DNA from: Clostridia bacterium
GTDB lineage: Bacteria > Bacillota > Clostridia > UBA1381 > UMGS1253
DNA length: 64,000 nt
NCBI GenBank assembly: GCA_045537695.1
Contig: JAZSQB010000027.1
Location: 11,288 to 75,287 of the forward strand
Direction: 5' to 3'
Part shown: in pieces, positions 50,735 through 60,760 of the stretch
Position numbering within the stretch: the first letter of the stretch is position 1
Layout: every line of letters begins with the position of its first letter
The notes under the pieces: model-generated
Databases searched by the model: none
What the model saw: only the letters and a program-made list of their open reading frames with translations
What the model was told of the DNA's origin: nothing
Translations under genes and position numbers: made by a program

Positions 50735-52099
50735 ATGCAGAGAGAAAAATTTTCGTCCCGACTTGGTTTTTTGCTGATTTCGGCAGGCTGTGCCATTGGA
50801 CTTGGCAATGTTTGGCGTTTTCCGTACATTACCGGTAAATACGGCGGTGCGGCGTTCGTTTTGCTGTATCTTGCCTTTTTGGTGCTGATGGGCTTGCCAA
50901 TTATGGTGATGGAGCTTGCGGTTGGACGCGGCAGCCAGAAAAGTATGGCAATGTCGTTTGACGCCTTAGAGACGAAGGGTGCAAAATTCCATTGGTATAA
51001 GTATATTGCCGGTGCGGGCAACTATCTTTTGATGATGTTTTACACCTCGGTTGCCGGCTGGATGGTAATTTACTGCAAAAAGATGATTTGCGGTGAATTT
51101 GTCGGCGCAACATCGGAGAGCATCAGCGCCGCGTTCGGCGGCATGATGTCTGATCCGGTTTTGATAACGGCGGCGATGGTGATTGTGGTTGTTTCCTGCT
51201 TTGCAGTCTGTGCCGGCGGTCTGGAAAAAGGCGTAGAGAAAATCACAAAATGGATGATGCTGGCGCTTTTAGCGATTATGATTGTCCTTGTGATGCACTC
51301 GCTTCTGATGCCGGGCGCAGCAGAGGGACTTAAGTTCTATCTGTATCCGGACTTCGGCAAGCTTGCCGAGGCGGGCATCTTTAATGCCATTTTTGATGCG
51401 ATGGGACAGGCATTCTTTACCTTAAGTATCGGTATGGGTTCCATTGCGATTTTCGGCAGCTATATTGACAAGAAGCATTCGCTGACCGGCGAAGCACTGC
51501 GCATCACACTTTTGGATACCAGCGTCGCGTTTATGGCAGGCTTGATTATTTTTCCGGCTTGCTTTACTTACAATGTCAATCCGGAAGCAGGTCCGAAGCT
51601 GATTTTTGAGGCGCTCCCGAACGTGTTTGCCGCAATGCCGGGCGGACGCATCTGGGGTACGCTGTTCTTTATCTTCCTTTTGTTTGCGGCACTTTCCACG
51701 GTCATTGCCGTGTTTGAAAACATTATTTCCTTCTGGATGGATTTAAAGGGCTGGAGCCGCAAAAAAACCGTGTGGGTGAACGGCGTTGCTATTTTGATTT
51801 TGTCGCTCCCGTGCGTGCTTGGTTTTAACGTGCTTTCGTTTATCCAGCCGCTTGGCGCAGGCTCGACCATTATGGATTTAGAAGATTTTATCATCAGTAA
51901 CAACATTTTGCCGCTCGGCTCGCTTGTATACTTGGTTTTCTGTATGTACAAGTGCGGTTGGGGCTGGGAAAACTTTATAGAAGAAGCAAATGCTGGTCAG
52001 GGACTTAAATTTCCGAAGGCAATCCGTATTTACGCAAAATATATTCTACCGCTGATTATTCTGTTTATCTTTGTCCAGGGCTATATAGCAAAATTTTAA
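50735..52099 (+). CDS. Sodium-dependent transporter (NSS/SNF family)
   Basis: GCAIGLGNVWRFPY, GQAFFTLSIG. Confidence 0.95.
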   Translation: MQREKFSSRLGFLLISAGCAIGLGNVWRFPYITGKYGGAAFVLLYLAFLVLMGLPIMVMELAVGRGSQKSMAMSFDALETKGAKFHWYKYIAGAGNYLLMMFYTSVAGWMVIYCKKMICGEFVGATSESISAAFGGMMSDPVLITAAMVIVVVSCFAVCAGGLEKGVEKITKWMMLALLAIMIVLVMHSLLMPGAAEGLKFYLYPDFGKLAEAGIFNAIFDAMGQAFFTLSIGMGSIAIFGSYIDKKHSLTGEALRITLLDTSVAFMAGLIIFPACFTYNVNPEAGPKLIFEALPNVFAAMPGGRIWGTLFFIFLLFAALSTVIAVFENIISFWMDLKGWSRKKTVWVNGVAILILSLPCVLGFNVLSFIQPLGAGSTIMDLEDFIISNNILPLGSLVYLVFCMYKCGWGWENFIEEANAGQGLKFPKAIRIYAKYILPLIILFIFVQGYIAKF

Positions 52100-52363
52100 G
52101 AGGTGACTCTGCGAAAAAGATTTTAAGCTTGATTTTGGTTGTTGTTTTGTGCGTTTGTGTATGTATGTTGAGTGGCTGCAATAGTAAAAGCAAATAAAAA
52201 GCATCTGAAGCGCGTAAGTGTTCGGATGCTTTTTGCTGCATACATTTGCATTGAAGAATCCGGGACAAGTTACCAATCAACCCTATGCCACATATGATGG
52301 TATTACAAGAGCACGGCGAATGGCAAGAGCGCCACTCTTGAATGTGGGGAAGGAGGTAAAAGT

Positions 52364-52465
52364 ATGGGCTGCTTTTTCAATGGCTGCGGTGACGATAACA
52401 ACAACTGGCTGCTCTGGATTATCTTAATTGCGGTAATTCTTTGCTGCTGCTGTGGCGACAACTAA
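52364..52465 (+). CDS. Small Cys-rich hydrophobic peptide (33 aa), probably spore-associated
   Basis: AAGGAGGT RBS; MGCFFNGCGDDNNNWLLWIILIAVILCCCCGDN*; followed by a terminator. Confidence 0.7.
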   Translation: MGCFFNGCGDDNNNWLLWIILIAVILCCCCGDN

Positions 52466-52474
52466 ACAAGGGAG

Positions 52475-52508
52475 AAAAAAGGGTGTCCTTGACGGACACC
52501 CCTTTTTT
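52475..52508. terminator. Terminator after the small peptide gene
   Basis: aaaaaagggtgtcc-ttgac-ggacacccctttttt. Confidence 0.75.
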
Positions 52509-52833
52509 AATACAATATGCAACTCATATACAGAAATATTATAAGAACTATCTGCCGGCGAGCGAGCAGGGGGTTCTTATGGGGGCGGCAATCCCCCTAA
52601 GCCGTTTTAGGGGCCCAGGGGAATCGGAACCTCTGGGACTTTTGGTACTTTGGGTCACAAAAGTACATTCGTTCTTTGTCTGACAAACAATAAAAAAGGG
52701 CGATTTTTGAATCGCCCTGCATGCTTAAATGTTAAAGAGGAGACCGTATTGGATATTTTAACATCCCGCATAAAAGTCAAAATCCCGCACAATACTGTGC
52801 GGGATTATCTTGACATGCGATTTTGTAGACAGA

Positions 52834-53022
52834 TTAGATAGCTCTTTCTACCTTACCTGCGCGCAGGCATCTGCTGCATACATAAACGGACTTGTTTGTA
52901 CCGTTTACAACTGCCTTTACCTTACGAACGTTTGCCTTCCACATGCGGTTGCTTCTTCTGTGGGAGTGGCTGACTTTGATACCAAAGGAAACGCCCTTAC
53001 CGCAAACTTCACACTTTGCCAT
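52834..53022 (-). CDS. rpmB: 50S ribosomal protein L28
   Basis: MAKCEVCGK....G..VSHSH..SNR.WKAN...CSRCLR. Confidence 0.97.
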   Translation of the reverse strand: MAKCEVCGKGVSFGIKVSHSHRRSNRMWKANVRKVKAVVNGTNKSVYVCSRCLRAGKVERAI

Positions 53023-53180
53023 ATCTGATTACACCTCCTGCATACTACCGAATATATATATCGGAAAGTAACTCTACTCATAATAAGCAACAATTATTTT
53101 AACACATAAAAATAAAAATAGCAAGAGTTTTTTTAAAATCTTTTTAATTTTTTGTTCATAAATTATTCAAAAATAAACTA

Positions 53181-53245
53181 TTGACATTTTGTAAGCAAAA
53201 TGGTATAGTATAGTCAAACAAAGGTCAAAGAAAGTCAAAGTCAAA
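53181..53245 (+). promoter_or_regulatory. sigmaA promoter with CtsR-binding heptad repeats
   Basis: TTGACA-17-TATAGT, then AGTCAAA, GGTCAAA-gaa-AGTCAAA, GTCAAA (CtsR consensus RGTCAAA-NAN-RGTCAAA). Confidence 0.88.
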
Positions 53246-53260
53246 AACGAGGTGAGACGT

Positions 53261-53704
53261 ATGAAGATGAGTGATGTGATTGAGCAGTTTTTGCTGGAGA
53301 TGCTTCAGGATGAAGCAGATATCGTGCTCAAGCGAAACGAACTGGCAAACCGCTTTTCCTGTGCACCGTCACAAATCAATTATGTTATCGGCACAAGATT
53401 TACGGGGCAACGCGGCTATGAGGTAGAGAGCCAACGCGGTGGCGGTGGGTATATCCGCATACGGCGCGTGCAACCGAGCGGCTCAAACTATATGATGCAC
53501 GTGGTCAACGCCATTGGCGATACCATTAGCTATGCGAGCGTGCAGGCGATGGTGGTCAATATGATGGAGAGCGGCATGGTGACCGAGCGTGAGGGCAAGC
53601 TGATTTGTGCCGCCGTTTCGGAGCGCAGCTTGCCGATTCAACAGCCGGAGCGAGACAGACTTCGTGCGGTTGTGTTTAAAAATATGCTGATTGGTATTAT
53701 ATAG
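53261..53704 (+). CDS. ctsR: Class III heat-shock repressor CtsR
   Basis: SDVIEQFL, FSCAPSQINYVIGTRF, VESQRGGGGYIRI. Confidence 0.96.
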   Translation: MKMSDVIEQFLLEMLQDEADIVLKRNELANRFSCAPSQINYVIGTRFTGQRGYEVESQRGGGGYIRIRRVQPSGSNYMMHVVNAIGDTISYASVQAMVVNMMESGMVTEREGKLICAAVSERSLPIQQPERDRLRAVVFKNMLIGII

Positions 53705-53715
53705 GAGGAAAGACA

Positions 53716-54102
53716 ATGTTTTACGATTTGTTTGATGATTTCTTCGGTGGATTGGAAAAGGATTTGCATTTAGCGTTTGGTGCGCCGAAGGTGCAGTATA
53801 CGGATGCGGCGTGTCCGGTGTGCAACACACGCCTCAGCGAGGTAGCAAAAACCGGTAAGGCGGGCTGCTCGAAATGCTACAGCGTTTTCCGTCCGCAGTT
53901 TGAATATATGCTCGGTAAAGTACATTCCAATACGAAGCATACCGGCAAGGTTTCCGAAAGCGCCGGCGAGCGTATCCAGGTGAAAAAAGAGCTGGAGCAG
54001 CTTGGCGCCGAGATGCAGGAAGCGATTGCAAAGCAGGATTTTGAGCGCGCGGCGCAGCTGCGCGACCACATAAAAGTATTGCGCGAAAAGGAGGTGGACT
54101 GA
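53716..54102 (+). CDS. mcsA: McsA-like activator, short form (two CxxC plus UVR domain)
   Basis: CPVC..GKAGCSKCY..F, HTGK, QDFERAAQLRD; operon position. Confidence 0.85.
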   Translation: MFYDLFDDFFGGLEKDLHLAFGAPKVQYTDAACPVCNTRLSEVAKTGKAGCSKCYSVFRPQFEYMLGKVHSNTKHTGKVSESAGERIQVKKELEQLGAEMQEAIAKQDFERAAQLRDHIKVLREKEVD

Positions 54103-54103
54103 G

Positions 54104-55111
54104 ATGAAAATGTGGTATCATAACAAGGGCAAAGACACGGATGTTGTCATCAGCACGCGCGTGCGTCTTGCCCGTAATATTACGGAAGTGCCGTTTCCGC
54201 CGAAATGGAGCGACGGCGCGGCAAAAGAGATTACGGAAAATGCGAAAAAGGCACTGGATACAACGAAAGACAAATTTTCGTTTTTAAATCTTGACAATGC
54301 ACCGCAGATGAACAAGTCCGCCCTGATGGAGGACCATATCATCAGCCGCGAAATGCTGGAGGGCAAAAACAAGGCGCTGTTTTTAAATCAGGAAGGGACG
54401 GCCGCAGTGATGGTCGGCGAAGAGGACCACATCCGCATCCAGACCATTGAAACCGGCTTTGCGCTGGAAAACACCTACAAGGCAGCAGACGCGCTGGACG
54501 ATGCGCTGGGACAAGTGCTCGATTATGCCTTCGACGAGCAATTCGGCTTTTTAACGCACTGTCCGACCAATGTCGGCACCGGTATGCGCGCATCGGTAAT
54601 GCTGCATCTGCCGGCGCTCCGTATGATTGGCAACATCAATTCCTTAATCGGGCAGGTCGGCAAGCTCGGCCTCACCATCCGCGGTGTGTACGGCGAAGGC
54701 AGTCAGTCGCGCGGCGATTTGTATCAGCTTTCCAATCAGATTACGCTGGGACTGAGCGAAACGCAGACGATCGAGAAGCTCACGGATGTGGTAGAGCAGA
54801 TTGTAAAAATGGAGCGCGACACACGTGCGCGCTTGTATGCAAATGACAAGCTTGGGTTGGAAGATACCATCTACCGCGCACTCGGCACACTGAAGTTTGC
54901 GCGAAAAATGGCATCGGAGGAAGCACAAAAATGGCTTTCCTATGTAAAACTTGGCATTGACCTGGGTATAATAGAAGATATGGATACGCAAAAGATTATA
55001 CAGCTGATGATTGAAAGCGAGCCACATCATATTGCGCTCGCCGAGGGCAGTGCGCTCGCGCCGGCGGCAAGAGATGAAAAGCGCGCGGCGCACATCAGGG
55101 CTACACTTTGA
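54104..55111 (+). CDS. mcsB: Protein arginine kinase McsB
   Basis: [35 protein letters not shown]. Confidence 0.95.
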   Translation: MKMWYHNKGKDTDVVISTRVRLARNITEVPFPPKWSDGAAKEITENAKKALDTTKDKFSFLNLDNAPQMNKSALMEDHIISREMLEGKNKALFLNQEGTAAVMVGEEDHIRIQTIETGFALENTYKAADALDDALGQVLDYAFDEQFGFLTHCPTNVGTGMRASVMLHLPALRMIGNINSLIGQVGKLGLTIRGVYGEGSQSRGDLYQLSNQITLGLSETQTIEKLTDVVEQIVKMERDTRARLYANDKLGLEDTIYRALGTLKFARKMASEEAQKWLSYVKLGIDLGIIEDMDTQKIIQLMIESEPHHIALAEGSALAPAARDEKRAAHIRATL

Positions 55112-55125
55112 AAGGAGTGGTTTCG

Positions 55126-57594
55126 ATGACTTTTGATAACAGATTTACGCAAAAAGCGCAAAATGCGCTCCGCAGTGCACATGCCTGCGCGTGTGCGTTG
55201 GGGCACAATTATATCGGCACAGAGCATATTTTAGCAGGGCTGACGTCGGAGACAAGTGCCGTTGCGGCGCAGCTTTTGCAGAGCAAAGGTGTTTCTTATG
55301 CTACAGTACAGGAAAAAATTGTGGCACTGACCGGCAAGGCAGAGCCACTGACCGAAGGGGCGCAGCTTGTGATGACCCCGCGCACCAAGCGCGTGATTGA
55401 ATTAAGTCTTGCGGAGGCAAGAAAGCTCGGCCACGGCTTTATCGGCACAGAGCACCTTTTACTTGCCCTACTGCGTAGCGGTGAAAGCGTGGCGCTCAAG
55501 ATTTTGTCGGAGAGCGGCGTGGATTTACAGGGCTTTTATGCAGAGATTGCGGCATCCGTTTCCGGCTATGCGGCAGCAAACGCATCTGCGCCAGGCGCAG
55601 AGAGTGCACCGGGCGCACAAAAACAGGAGACCAAAACACCGACGCTTGACCAGTTCGGGCGCGATTTTACGCAGATGGCGCGCGACGGCAAGTTTGACCC
55701 GGTGATTGGCAGAGACACGGAAATTGAGCGCGTAATTCAGATTTTGTCGCGCCGCACGAAGAACAACCCGTGCCTGATTGGTGAGCCGGGTGTCGGCAAA
55801 ACGGCAGTTGTAGAAGGGCTTGCGCAGAAGATTGTGGCAGGCGATGTGCCGGAAGTTTTGACGGACAAACGCCTGTTCACCCTCGATTTGTCCTCGATGA
55901 TTGCCGGTGCGAAATACCGCGGTGAATTCGAAGAACGCTTAAAGGCGGCAATGGATGAGGTTGTCAAAGCCGGCAATGTGATTTTGTTTATCGACGAGAT
56001 GCATACGATTATCGGTGCCGGTGCAGCAGAAGGCGCGATTGATGCGGCGAATATCTTAAAACCGTCTCTGGCGCGCGGTGAAATTCAGGTCATCGGCGCG
56101 ACGACGCTCAATGAATACAGAAAGCATATCGAGAAGGATTCTGCGCTTGAAAGACGTTTTCAGCCGATTACGGTCGGCGAGCCGAACGAGGCGGAGAGCG
56201 TGCTGATTTTGACGGGCATCCGCGACAAGTACGAAGCGCATCACGGCGTAAAAATCACCGATGCGGCGATTAAAGCGGCGGTAGAGCTTTCGGCGCGTTA
56301 CATCACCGACCGGTTTTTGCCCGACAAGGCAATCGATTTGATTGACGAGGCGGCATCGAAGGTTCGCCTTGGTAAATTAACAGCACCGCCGGAATTAAAG
56401 GAGCTGGAAGACAAGCTCGCTTCGGTAACGAAGGAGAAGGAAGCGGCGATTGCAGCGCAAGAATTTGAGCGTGCGGCAACCCTGCGTGACGATGAAAATA
56501 AAATTAAGGCAGAGCTTGACGGCGAGCGCGCAAAGTGGGAGGATGTGAAATCCACACAAAAAATGTGCGTCGACGAAGAGCAGATTGCGCAGATTGTGTC
56601 GCAGTGGACGAACATTCCGGTGGCGCGTCTGAGCACGGACGAATCGCAGAAGCTTTTGCATTTAGAAGAAGGTCTGCACGAGCGCGTAATCGGGCAGGAG
56701 GAGGCAGTGCGTGCAGTTGCCAAGGCCATCCGCCGCGGCAGAGTGGGCTTAAAAGACCCGAAGCGTCCGATTGGCTCGTTTATCTTCCTCGGTCCGACCG
56801 GTGTCGGTAAAACCGAGCTTTCCAAGGCACTTGCCGAGAAGATGTTCGGCTCGGAGGACGATATGATTCGTATTGATATGTCCGAGTATATGGAAAAACA
56901 TTCGGTGTCCAAGCTCGTCGGCTCGCCGCCGGGATATGTCGGCTACGACGATGCGGGGCAGCTGACGGAGAAAATCCGCAGAAAGCCGTACAGTGTGGTG
57001 CTCTTTGACGAAATTGAAAAAGCGCATCCGGATGTGTTTAATATCCTTTTGCAGATATTGGAAGATGGTATTTTGACCGATGCGCAGGGCAGACGTGTAG
57101 ACTTTAGAAACACGGTCATCATCATGACCTCAAATATAGGCGCCAGACTGATTACCGCCGAAAAGAGCACGAAGCTCGGCTTTGCTTCCGCGGCAGAAAA
57201 TGCACAGGAGCGCAATTACGAAAAGATTAAAAGCGACGTGCTCGGCGAGCTTAAAAACCACTTTCGACCGGAGTTTTTAAATCGTATTGATGACACGATT
57301 GTGTTCCATCAGCTTACGGAAGCACAAATTGGCGAGATTGCCAAGCTGATGCTCGCATCGCTCGAAAAGCGACTCGCGAAAAATGAAATTACCGCGCACT
57401 TTACCAATGCGGTGGTTTCGATGGTAACAAAGGCAGGCTTTGACCCGATTTACGGCGCAAGGCCGCTCCGCCGCGCGATTCAGACAAAGATTGAAGATGC
57501 ACTGGCAGAGAAAATGCTCGATGCAGACATCGGCGCAGGTGACAGCATCACGGTCGATGTCAAGGACGATGCGTTGGTTGTGGAAAAACAGTAA
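55126..57594 (+). CDS. clpC: ATP-dependent Clp protease ATPase ClpC
   Basis: Double Clp-N repeats, [22 protein letters not shown] loop. Confidence 0.97.
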   Translation: MTFDNRFTQKAQNALRSAHACACALGHNYIGTEHILAGLTSETSAVAAQLLQSKGVSYATVQEKIVALTGKAEPLTEGAQLVMTPRTKRVIELSLAEARKLGHGFIGTEHLLLALLRSGESVALKILSESGVDLQGFYAEIAASVSGYAAANASAPGAESAPGAQKQETKTPTLDQFGRDFTQMARDGKFDPVIGRDTEIERVIQILSRRTKNNPCLIGEPGVGKTAVVEGLAQKIVAGDVPEVLTDKRLFTLDLSSMIAGAKYRGEFEERLKAAMDEVVKAGNVILFIDEMHTIIGAGAAEGAIDAANILKPSLARGEIQVIGATTLNEYRKHIEKDSALERRFQPITVGEPNEAESVLILTGIRDKYEAHHGVKITDAAIKAAVELSARYITDRFLPDKAIDLIDEAASKVRLGKLTAPPELKELEDKLASVTKEKEAAIAAQEFERAATLRDDENKIKAELDGERAKWEDVKSTQKMCVDEEQIAQIVSQWTNIPVARLSTDESQKLLHLEEGLHERVIGQEEAVRAVAKAIRRGRVGLKDPKRPIGSFIFLGPTGVGKTELSKALAEKMFGSEDDMIRIDMSEYMEKHSVSKLVGSPPGYVGYDDAGQLTEKIRRKPYSVVLFDEIEKAHPDVFNILLQILEDGILTDAQGRRVDFRNTVIIMTSNIGARLITAEKSTKLGFASAAENAQERNYEKIKSDVLGELKNHFRPEFLNRIDDTIVFHQLTEAQIGEIAKLMLASLEKRLAKNEITAHFTNAVVSMVTKAGFDPIYGARPLRRAIQTKIEDALAEKMLDADIGAGDSITVDVKDDALVVEKQ

Positions 57595-57597
57595 AAC

Positions 57598-57906
57598 AAA
57601 AAGGACGGGAAGGGCGATTGTTCTTAAGGATACAACGGTTTTAGCCGCTAATTTACCGAAAATAGTTTACAAAAAATCCGCATTATACGCGAGTATGATG
57701 CGGATTTTTATGTTCCTCTTTCCGACAAAATTCCTCGTCTAAAACTGCCGCAGGCACCTTAAAAGGGAATAGCTTGGATAAAGAGCAAGGCAGAAACGAC
57801 CGAAATCCGCGTGGATGTCGGTCGTTTTTAACACAGCTATTTGCCAAAATATTGCTTTTTAAGGCGTTTTATCCTTAAGAACACTCGCCCAAACCGTCCT
57901 TTTTTA
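57598..57906. repeat. Nested palindromic element: ~35-bp outer inverted repeat enclosing two hairpin units
   Basis: aaaaaggacgg-gaa-gggcgattgttcttaaggata ... tatccttaagaacactcgccc-aaa-ccgtcctttttt. Inside: aaaaatccgcattatac-gcga-gtatgatgcggattttt and a TTAAAAG...CTTTTTAA unit (57759-57862). Confidence 0.8.
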
Positions 57907-57979
57907 ATGTAAAGTGGGGGCACACCTTGATAGTCGTACACCTTTTTTTCATGGTATGCTTATTTTGAGGTGAAGAAAA

Positions 57980-58528
57980 ATGTATGCATTACAAGGTTTT
58001 ATTATGCTCCACAGAAAAATACTCGACTGGGAGTGGTACGCAGATGCGAATGTACGCAGTGTGTTTATCCATCTGCTGTTGCTGGCAAGCTTTAAACAGA
58101 GCAAATGGCAGGGACAAGACATTGCGCCGGGGCAGGTCATCACAAGCTACGCACGCATCGCAGAAAAGCTGGGGCTTGGCGTTTGGCAAGTTCGTGTTGC
58201 GCTTAGAAAATTACAGACCACAGGCGAAATTTCCGTAAAAGCCACAAACAGAAATACGGTTGTAACCATTGAAAACTGGGCACTTTATCAAGCAGACACG
58301 GAAAAAGCCACAAGCAAACCACACGCAAGCCACACGCAGACCACAAGCAAACCACAACATCGTAATAATGTAAATAATTTTAATAATGTAGATAAGTATA
58401 GCGCGCGGGCGCAAAGCAAAAAACCAGGTATATTTCATACTGGGCGATACGATTACGATTTAATTATGCAGCAAAGCAGAGAGCGTATTCGTCAAAAGAT
58501 TGCAGGTAAGGAAAAGGAAACAGCATAA
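57980..58528 (+). CDS. Phage-type replication initiator/replisome-organizer-like protein (orphan)
   Basis: GFIMLHRKILDWEWY...FIHLLL.A....W.G..I.PGQVITS..RIAEKLGL, wHTH-like, TVVTIENWALYQ; internal 11-bp repeats. Confidence 0.75.
   Translation: MYALQGFIMLHRKILDWEWYADANVRSVFIHLLLLASFKQSKWQGQDIAPGQVITSYARIAEKLGLGVWQVRVALRKLQTTGEISVKATNRNTVVTIENWALYQADTEKATSKPHASHTQTTSKPQHRNNVNNFNNVDKYSARAQSKKPGIFHTGRYDYDLIMQQSRERIRQKIAGKEKETA
58308..58400 (+). repeat. Iteron-like 11-bp tandem array plus AT-rich tract
   Basis: CCACAAGCAAA, CCACACGCAAG, CCACACGCAGA, CCACAAGCAAA, CCACAAC; then TAATAATGTA(A/G)ATAA twice. Confidence 0.7.
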
Positions 58529-58673
58529 GCAATGGAACAGGAAAGGCTATTGTAAGGACTTGTTGTGCACAGGTGCGCATAAAACGATGCATCCGCAACT
58601 CCCTCTCCCACCCCGAAATCTCCACAGAAACAAAAAAGCGAATATTTTAAAAAATACTCGCTTTTCCTTTTTA

Positions 58674-59108
58674 TTATTCGTGATGATGACTACAGCTTTC
58701 GCAGCATCCGTCGCACTTACGCGGATTCGGATTTGCGATGCCTTTTCTTGCATAATAATCATCAATCGCGGCGTGGATGGCTTCTTCTGCCAACACGCTG
58801 CAGTGGATTTTGGCCGGCGGCAAACCGCCAAGCGCATCCATAACGGCTTTATTGGTCAGCGCAAGGGCATCTTCGATGCGCTTGCCGATGACAAGCTCCG
58901 TTGCCATCGAGCTCGTTGCCACAGCGGCACCGCAACCGAAGGTCTTGAACTTGACATCCTCAATGATACCGTCATCATTGATTTTCATATACATTTTCAT
59001 AATATCGCCGCATTTTGCGTTACCCACCTGTCCAACAGCATTGGCGTCTTCCAATTCGCCGACATTACGCGGGTTCGCGAAATGGTCCATTACCTGTTCA
59101 CTGTACAT
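58674..59108 (-). CDS. iscU: Fe-S scaffold IscU/NifU (clostridial type)
   Basis: MYSEQVMDHF.NPRNVG, CGD, FKTFGCG, KIHCSVLA. Confidence 0.95.
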   Translation of the reverse strand: MYSEQVMDHFANPRNVGELEDANAVGQVGNAKCGDIMKMYMKINDDGIIEDVKFKTFGCGAAVATSSMATELVIGKRIEDALALTNKAVMDALGGLPPAKIHCSVLAEEAIHAAIDDYYARKGIANPNPRKCDGCCESCSHHHE

Positions 59109-60279
59109 TATTTGCTACCTCCTCATATAACGGGGACATATCGCGCAGACGCTGTACAATCGGCACAAGCGCCGCAATCACCTTGTCCACTTCCTCTTCC
59201 GTGTTAAAATCGCCGAGGCTTAGGCGCAACGAGCCGTGCGCGATTTCGTGCGGCAAGCCAATGGCTAAGAGCACGTGCGACGGGTCGAGCGAGCCGGAAG
59301 TACACGCAGAACCGCTCGATGCTGCAATGCCGTACATATCCAGCATCAAAAGCAGTGCCTCCCCCTCAATATACTGAAATGAAAAATTCACGTTGGTGCA
59401 AAGCCTTTTTTCTCTGTGCCCGTTTAAGCGGCAATACGGGATTTTTTCCTCAATGCCCGCAATTAAGCGTTCACGCAGCTTTGTCAGCTTAGCCATATGT
59501 GCCGGAATGTCCGCACACGCAATCTCCATTGCCTTGGCAAAGCCCACAATGCCTGCCACATTTTCGGTGCCGGCTCTTCTGCCGCGCTCCTGCGCACCGC
59601 CGTGCATAAAGATGTCTATCTTCACGCCCGTGCGCACATACAGCGCGCCCACGCCCTTCGGACCGGAAATCTTATGCGCCGAAATGGAGAGCATATCCAC
59701 GCCGAGTGCCTTGACGTCAATCTCTACATTACCAATTGCCTGCACCGCATCCGTGTGAAACAGTACGCCATGCGCCTTGGCAATTTTGCAAAGCTCCGCA
59801 ATCGGCTGAATTGTACCGATTTCGTTGTTGGCGAACATAATGGTTACTAAAATTGTATCCGGACGAATGGCAGCTTCCAAATCTGCCGGACTTACAAGAC
59901 CGTCCGCATCCACCGGCAGGTATGTAACCTCAAAGCCCTGCTTTTCTAAATACTGCGTGGTATGCAGTACAGCATGGTGCTCAATTGCCGATGTAATAAT
60001 GTGCTTGCCCTTGCCCATATTGGCAAAAGCTACACCCTTGATTGCCCAGTTATCCGCTTCCGAACCGCACGCTGTAAAATACACCTCGCCCGGCTTTGCG
60101 CCTAGCGCATCTGCCACGCATGCACGCGCCTCGTCTACAGCTTTTCTTGCACTACGACCGGTTGCATATATAGAAGATGCATTACCGAACTCCTCGGTTA
60201 GATAAGGCATCATCGCATCTAAAACCTCGCGTTTTAGCGGCGTTGTAGCGGAATTGTCCATATAGATTGTATTCCCCAT
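59098..60279 (-). CDS. iscS: Cysteine desulfurase IscS/NifS
   Basis: YMDNSATT, HTDAVQ, SAHKISGPKG, SSGSACTS. Confidence 0.96.
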   Translation of the reverse strand: MGNTIYMDNSATTPLKREVLDAMMPYLTEEFGNASSIYATGRSARKAVDEARACVADALGAKPGEVYFTACGSEADNWAIKGVAFANMGKGKHIITSAIEHHAVLHTTQYLEKQGFEVTYLPVDADGLVSPADLEAAIRPDTILVTIMFANNEIGTIQPIAELCKIAKAHGVLFHTDAVQAIGNVEIDVKALGVDMLSISAHKISGPKGVGALYVRTGVKIDIFMHGGAQERGRRAGTENVAGIVGFAKAMEIACADIPAHMAKLTKLRERLIAGIEEKIPYCRLNGHREKRLCTNVNFSFQYIEGEALLLMLDMYGIAASSGSACTSGSLDPSHVLLAIGLPHEIAHGSLRLSLGDFNTEEEVDKVIAALVPIVQRLRDMSPLYEEVANNVQ

Positions 60280-60379
60280 AACCTGCCTCCTAAATACTTT
60301 GTTAAATCTCAAACAGAACTATTATATACCTTTCTCGGTCTTTTTTCAATACAATTTAGCGATTTTTTTACATTTTTGG

Positions 60380-60760
60380 CTAAAATATATTTTGCAGGCA
60401 GAAAATCTGGTCCTCCGCCATCTCTCTCGCCTCGCTGCGCACACGCGCATTGGCAAGCAAAATATCCGTTTGCACATCGCCGCGCAAGGCGGCTTTGAGC
60501 TCTGTCATGGCTTTGGTAACGGCATTGAGCTGCGCGTGGTCCACAAAATAGGTCATTGCCGTCTCTTTTTTATCCCAATAGTCTTCCCAAGTGGCATAAT
60601 GTGCTTTTAACGCCTCTGTATCCTCTCTAAGCGCAAGTGTTTCTGTCTTGTCACAGTAGCGCATCATCTCATCCGTCACACCCGTAATGGCACGTTCGCT
60701 AAAAAAACTACCGACCAAAAGTACCAAAAGCACAACCACCGCAAAAACAAAGTTTTTCAC
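60380..60760 (-). CDS. DUF4363-like protein
   Basis: N-terminal TM, W...W......YFVDH, ending LQNIF; usual partner of DUF421. Confidence 0.7.
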   Translation of the reverse strand: MKNFVFAVVVLLVLLVGSFFSERAITGVTDEMMRYCDKTETLALREDTEALKAHYATWEDYWDKKETAMTYFVDHAQLNAVTKAMTELKAALRGDVQTDILLANARVRSEAREMAEDQIFCLQNIF

